Shown: positions 29,401 to 32,000 of the stretch, one piece after another
Layout: every line of letters begins with the position of its first letter
How positions within the stretch are numbered: position 1 is the first letter of the stretch
From: Chrysotila carterae
Lineage: Eukaryota
DNA: 32,000 nt
Assembly: GCA_054660715.1 (NCBI GenBank)
Contig: BAAGDD010003710.1
Location: forward strand, 87,001-119,000
Reading direction: 5' to 3'
Notes under the pieces: generated by a model
Seen by the model: only the letters and a program-made list of their open reading frames with translations
Told to the model about the DNA's origin: nothing
The model's database searches: none
Position numbers and translations under genes: made by a program

Positions 29401-32000
29401 TGATCAGCTAGGGCTGCAGCGAAAGCAGAGCCCATGCCCACCTCTTGTACTAGAGGCCACTGAATTGCAGAGGCGATGCTGCCATGCATTCGGCGCGACA
29501 TCGTCAGTGCATCAAGGTACGCATTTGCCGCAGCATACACCCCCTGACCGACGTTTCCTAGACATGATGCGACAGACGAGAAGCATATGAACGCCATGAG
29601 TGGCAAAAGCCCGACCCCTCGATCGGCGAGCCACACTCCCAGAGCCTTTGACGAGAAAGTTGCCCTTGCACGAAGCCGGCTTACTTCAGAAACCAAGCCT
29701 CGCTCACTGGTGCCCATTACGTTGAGGATACCAGTCGCCGGAACAGCGTGGCGCAGCAAAGTAAGCCCGTCCCAAAAGTCTCCAGAATCCACAGTTAGCG
29801 TCTCCACACAGCAGGCTCCAAGCCCTGAAAGCTCTCTAACAGCGTCCCTTGTCCTTGCAGAGCTAGCTCGTCTCGAGGACAAGACGATCTGTGCGGCACC
29901 CAAACGCACTAGGAGGGCTGCTGCTTGGAGTCCAAGCCCACCCAAACCACCAGCAAGAATGTATGTCGAACGTGCGTGCGCCACATGCAAGTTGAAAGTA
30001 GACAGCTGCGAATGTGTGAGAAAGCTTCGTCGCAGACGTGCAACGCATCTTACTCCCGAAGATCTCCACCAAACCTCGCCTTCAAGCTGCTCTTCTTGAG
30101 CTTGGTTACGCATGGCTTGCGCTGTGGTGGCGCGTATTGCTGCTTTCACTGCGGCACGAATGCTCACGTCGACCATTTGAAGCTGCCAGACTGGATGCTC
30201 TAGCCGAAGAACACGAGAGAGTCCCCAGGGGATTCCCATAGAGGCTCCCGATGCTGACGGAGGCAGAGCTAGCCCTTGAAATTGCATGCTTAGCGTCAGC
30301 ATGAGAATGTGCCTGGAGCTTGTCACACGAAGAAGAGCTTTGGTCAATTCAACAATGTAGGTGAGCGACTGCAGGGCTGGTTTGGACGCCCGCTGCGAGG
30401 CAAGAACGAGAGCAATTGCTTGCCAAGAAGCGGGGGCACTCTTGTCTTCAGACGTCAATGGCCTGCACGGAAACTGCGAGTGCACCTGATCATCAGAGCA
30501 AGAGTCTGTACCAGGCGTTATTGTCGCAAGCACAAGCCAGCTGGTGTGCAGCTCAGCATGATCCGACCTTCGTCCGTTTACAGTCCACGCCGTCGAATAT
30601 GCTCCTGTGAGTGCCAGCTCTTCAGATGAGGAATCATGTGTGCTTTGCCACCCAGTGTACCTTTTCTGGAAGATGCGCGGACGTGTGTGCGCCGTAGTCG
30701 TTGACGTAATGGCCCGACCCTCTGTCACGATGTTCGCCAGAGTTCCACTGTAGCCAAATGAGCTCACAACTCCGCCCAAAGTCATAGAGGTAGAAAGATG
30801 CACATTTTGAAGCGGAAGTACATAGGCAGGAGCAGAGAACGCGCTTAGTACCATTTGGTTGATCACACGTAGCTGAGCGTTGGCAACAAACTGTTTGCTC
30901 TGAGTTACCAGCGCAAGCTTCAGCATTCCCGTAATACCAGCAGCAGGCTCAGCATGGCCAATGTTTGCCTTGACGCCGCCGACTGAGAGCGAGGTCCCGG
31001 CGGCCATTGCCGCTGCGGGCAGCGCAGATGCCAGCGAGCCCGCCTCTATAGGATCGCCCAAGGCAGTGCCAGTACCGTGCGCCTCGACGAGGGCAATGGC
31101 AGCAGAGCTCACCGATGCATCTGCAATCGCGGCGAGTAGGACGCCGCGCTGGGCCTGGCCATTTGGAGCTGTCAGACTGGCAGAACGACCATCTTGCCGC
31201 ACGGCCATGCCCGTCAAAAGCACCGGAGCAGCAGACTCCTCGCCGTCATCTCTCATCGCTGGGCACAGCGCGAGCGAGCCGCATGCCTCTGCACGAGCAT
31301 ATCCGTCAGCGCGACTGTCGAATGTGTGAGAGCGACCGAGTGCCGAAGTCATTCCCGCCACCGCAAAGCTTGCACCTACTGTCGGCGTCAGCATCAAGTT
31401 GACGCCCAAGACGAGGGCCAGGGTACACTCTCTCAGCTGGAGAGCGCGCAAGCCTGCGTGACAGGCGACGAGCGCCGCCGAGCACGCCGTGTCATACGAG
31501 ATGCAGGGACCGTGCAGCCCAAGCACGTACGACAAACGACCCGACGCGATCGAGTGGCTTGTTCCCGTCGCCGAGTACACGCTGTTTCTGATGGGCAGTG
31601 TCGCAAGCACTTCTTCGAAATCCGAGCTGGCGATGCCGAGAAAAACACCGGAGAGACTGCCACTAATATCCGCTCTGCGGACGCTCGCCGCATGCAGCGC
31701 TGCGTACCCGTGCTCAAGAAGCAGCCGCTGCTGCGGATCCATGGCTGCAGCCTCCGCAGGTGAGATGGCGAAGGCCGCACTATCCGCAAGCTCAGCCCCG
31801 TGCACGAAGCCGCCATACCGCATGCGGCTGGCTGCGGGCTCAGGCAATGCAGGAGCAGCCGACAGGTCCCATCGCGTCAGAGGCACCTCCTCAATCGCGT
31901 CGGCTGCAGCAGCCACCAGATGCCACGCGGAAAGCGTCGTCGCTGCTCCTCCAGGCAACCGAGCACTAAGACCAGCAGCAGCAGCCGCAGCACCCAGCTC
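8429..32000 (-). CDS. Giant modular type I polyketide synthase, 3' part of gene (5' end beyond window); six modules without AT domains, ending in ST-TE; three predicted introns (23579-23454, 18530-18405, 9708-9501)
   Basis: Three long minus-strand ORFs in one frame plus a fourth joined by a GT-AG intron; frame is open to base 32000 (gag ctg ggt gct...). 23,572 nt minus 126+126+208 nt of intron = 23,112 nt = 7,704 codons including TAA. Repeated KS motifs (DTACS/DTACA, EAHGTGT, KANxGHAE, SSFGYSGT), KR motifs (GGLGGLGL, FSS..Y..AN), ACP motifs (GIDSL/GLDSL). Confidence 0.93.
8432..9190 (-). other. Thioesterase domain (TE), alpha/beta hydrolase resembling the animal-type FAS thioesterase
   Basis: LEAPCIGIQCSDYYLSDCTCVTELATRYLRQVMSMSRSRGPVQLIAYSFGCRIAYRMASLLHEEGRRVKLILLDGP; C-terminal GNHFTFL (catalytic His). 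Confidence 0.85.
9400..10265 (-). other. Sulfotransferase domain (ST), interrupted by intron 9501-9708
   Basis: 5'-phosphosulfate-binding-like loop SMLFILSSIRSGSSLLQLCLNAH; VDKTP; 3'-PAPS-binding-like RYIHLIRHPYAAIDSG; after splicing LTLRYEDLVCDPKQETRKICEQLLQL. Confidence 0.88.
9501..9708 (-). other. Predicted intron, 208 nt, in ST domain
   Basis: Donor ctctgag|GTAAGCC, acceptor TTTGCTGTCCTGGTTTGCAG|gtacgag; joins ...THLTLR and YEDLVCDP in frame. Confidence 0.92.
10380..10605 (-). other. Terminal acyl carrier protein ACP6 (diverged from the others)
   Basis: FIEAEILRTLAELSGTVAESPSADQTFFDSGIDSLAATELSSRLRKLTGLPLAPTITMEYPTTKLLSKFLYAQL. Confidence 0.9.
10745..12130 (-). other. Ketoreductase KR6
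   Basis: FVLTGGLGGLGL..., VLRDKLL, VLFSSIASLLGNVGQASYAAANS. Confidence 0.92.
12205..13450 (-). other. Ketosynthase domain KS6
   Basis: GVSGRWPGG, GPCASIDTACASALVALHAA, EAHGTGTALGDPTEAG, KANVGHAEAASG, SSFGYSGTIAHLVF. Confidence 0.94.
13525..13745 (-). other. Acyl carrier protein ACP5
   Basis: SRVEAMVVSTLSDLAGAQSEPISAETPLMQAGIDSLAATEFSSRL. Confidence 0.92.
13885..15265 (-). other. Ketoreductase KR5
   Basis: FVLTGGLGGLGLRAASLLSELGAATVILSSRS...VLFSSIASLLGNVGQASYAAANSCLDSL. Confidence 0.92.
15350..16595 (-). other. Ketosynthase domain KS5 (distinct KS lineage)
   Basis: GPCISYDTACSSGLVACSGARQ, EAHGTGTPLGDPIETG, GGVKANMGHAEPAAGM, SSLGYSGTIAHTLL. Confidence 0.93.
16675..16880 (-). other. Acyl carrier protein ACP4
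   Basis: [54 protein letters not shown]. Confidence 0.92.
16975..17700 (-). other. Ketoreductase KR4 (catalytic subdomain)
   Basis: THFVSGGTRGLGLLTAGWLAGQGAACLVLGSRG; HAAGVTADSLL; APK; VLFSSVSALLGGAGQANYSAANAALDAV. Confidence 0.9.
17885..19243. repeat. About 1.36 kb duplicated block (DH2 + intron + post-DH region), partner of 22934-24292
   Basis: Constant offset of 5,049 nt; nearly identical DNA, including the intron. Confidence 0.9.
18310..19250 (-). other. Dehydratase DH2 (interrupted by intron 18405-18530)
   Basis: HVVSGQVVFPG, HPADLDGALQLT, VRLGGLRGSSGAQLSGFKVRSL. Confidence 0.9.
18405..18530 (-). other. Predicted intron within DH2, 126 nt, phase 0 (duplicate of 23454-23579)
   Basis: Same boundaries as the DH1 intron: acg|GTGCGC...CGCACGCAG|gtg; in-frame TGA (18519-18521) and TAG (18483-18485) lie inside it. 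Confidence 0.75.
19390..20640 (-). other. Ketosynthase domain KS4
   Basis: GLSARLPGG, GPCISYDTACSAALVACHAG, EAHGTGTALGDPIEAG, GGVKANIGHAEPAAG, SSFGYSGTIAHAVL. Confidence 0.94.
20740..20955 (-). other. Acyl carrier protein ACP3
   Basis: [51 protein letters not shown]. Confidence 0.92.
21080..21775 (-). other. Ketoreductase KR3 (catalytic subdomain)
   Basis: HVVLGGLSGLGLLTSRWLACRGSSEVVLASRSG; HSAGVLADGVL; APK; VLFSSVAALLGGAGQANYSAANSSLDAL. Confidence 0.92.
21815..22780 (-). other. Enoylreductase ER domain
   Basis: [31 protein letters not shown] and NADPH-binding IIVQAAAGGVGLKAVEYAHWL. Confidence 0.93.
22934..24292. repeat. About 1.36 kb duplicated block (DH1 + intron + post-DH region), partner of 17885-19243
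   Basis: See partner. Confidence 0.9.
23360..24300 (-). other. Dehydratase DH1 (interrupted by intron 23454-23579)
   Basis: Hot-dog motif HxxxGxxxxP as HILSGQVVFPG; second-half motif HPADLDGALQLT; C-terminal strand VRLGGLRGSSGAQLSGFKVRSL. Confidence 0.9.
23454..23579 (-). other. Predicted intron within DH1, 126 nt, phase 0
   Basis: Minus strand: tgg acg|GTGCGC ... CGCACGCAG|gtg gtc gca gcg. Contains in-frame TGA and TAG; removal gives ELWT-VVAATGADAMSVRLGG. The right-hand ORF's TGA is at 23568-23570 and the downstream same-frame ORF restarts at a non-ATG codon (23507). Confidence 0.75.
24430..25690 (-). other. Ketosynthase domain KS3
   Basis: GVSGRWPGG, GPCASIDTACASALVALHAA, EAHGTGT, KANVGHAEAASG, SSFGYSGTIAHALL. 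Confidence 0.94.
25765..25985 (-). other. Acyl carrier protein ACP2
   Basis: SRVEAMVVSTLSDLAGAQSEPISAETPLMQAGIDSLAATEFSSRL. Confidence 0.92.
26125..27500 (-). other. Ketoreductase KR2
   Basis: FVLTGGLGGLGLRAASLLSELGAATVILSSRS; LHAAGVLRDKLL; FPK; VLFSSIASLLGNVGQASYAAANSCLDSL. Confidence 0.92.
27580..28825 (-). other. Ketosynthase domain KS2
   Basis: GVSGRWPGG, GPCASIDTACASALVALHAA, IEAHGTGTALGDPTEAG, CKANVGHAEAASG, SSFGYSGTIAHLVF. Confidence 0.94.
28900..29120 (-). other. Acyl carrier protein ACP1
   Basis: RTHVESMVLSTLRDLAGAQSEPISAETPLMQAGIDSLAATEFSSRL...; phosphopantetheine Ser in GIDSL. Confidence 0.92.
29290..30610 (-). other. Ketoreductase KR1 (structural + catalytic subdomains), divergent copy
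   Basis: TYILAGGLGGLGLQAAALLVRLGAAQIVLSSRR; FSSK; FICFSSVASCLGNVGQGVYAAANAYLDAL. Follows KS1 with no AT in between. Confidence 0.85.
30720..32000 (-). other. Ketosynthase domain KS1
   Basis: GLSARLPGG start, GPCISYDTACSAALVACHAG, VEAHGTGTALGDPIEAG, GGVKANIGHAEPAAG, SSFGYSGTLANI; Cys-His-His present. Confidence 0.93.

Noticed and set aside
10692-31763. Numerous plus-strand and alternate-frame minus-strand ORFs inside the PKS (e.g. 13303-14145 +, 25540-26382 +, 12438-12908 +)
   Set aside because: They lie antisense or out of frame to clear KS/KR/ACP coding sequence, are Arg/Ser/Ala-rich, and recur at constant offsets only because the PKS modules are duplicated.
10745-31958. Possible AT domains hidden in the KS-KR linker (STSWVGIARLRSTQGSSVSWLVIQPSFAQ...)
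   Set aside because: This segment matches the KR structural subdomain (GLWGMSRVLRLEYPALRV etc.) and contains no GHSxG-type AT active site.

Overview
The minus strand from about position 8,429 to the right window edge is almost entirely one giant type I modular polyketide synthase (PKS) gene. It is read right to left and its 5' end lies outside the window. The ORF track breaks it into three long ORFs (23568-31958, 18519-23507, 9705-18458) and a smaller one (8429-9526). The first three share one frame and are separated by the same 60-nt gap, which I interpret as lying within a twice-duplicated 126-nt phase-0 intron. The last is joined by a 208-nt GT-AG intron that restores the sulfotransferase motif LRYEDLVCDP. 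Removing the three introns leaves exactly 7,704 codons, including the stop, from position 32000 to 8429. Gene-order architecture in the window: [KS1-KR1-ACP1][KS2-KR2-ACP2][KS3-DH1-ER-KR3-ACP3][KS4-DH2-KR4-ACP4][KS5-KR5-ACP5][KS6-KR6-ACP6-ST-TE]. No module has a recognisable acyltransferase (trans-AT-like). The gene ends in an ACP-sulfotransferase-thioesterase tail, which is the domain order of bacterial curacin/olefin-synthase chain termination and predicts a terminal alkene, although the TE itself looks FAS-like. Introns, high GC and size suggest a eukaryotic microalga (inference). Modules are near-identical DNA copies of each other, with mosaic breakpoints. The left 3.5 kb is a GC-rich satellite with higher-order periodicity; its long ORFs are probably artefacts. 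Between about 4.6 and 8.4 kb is a lower-GC intergenic region with one hypothetical ORF and several small repeats, including a 111-nt direct repeat pair carrying perfect hairpins. Domain coordinates are approximate, placed by motif position; splice coordinates were read base by base.
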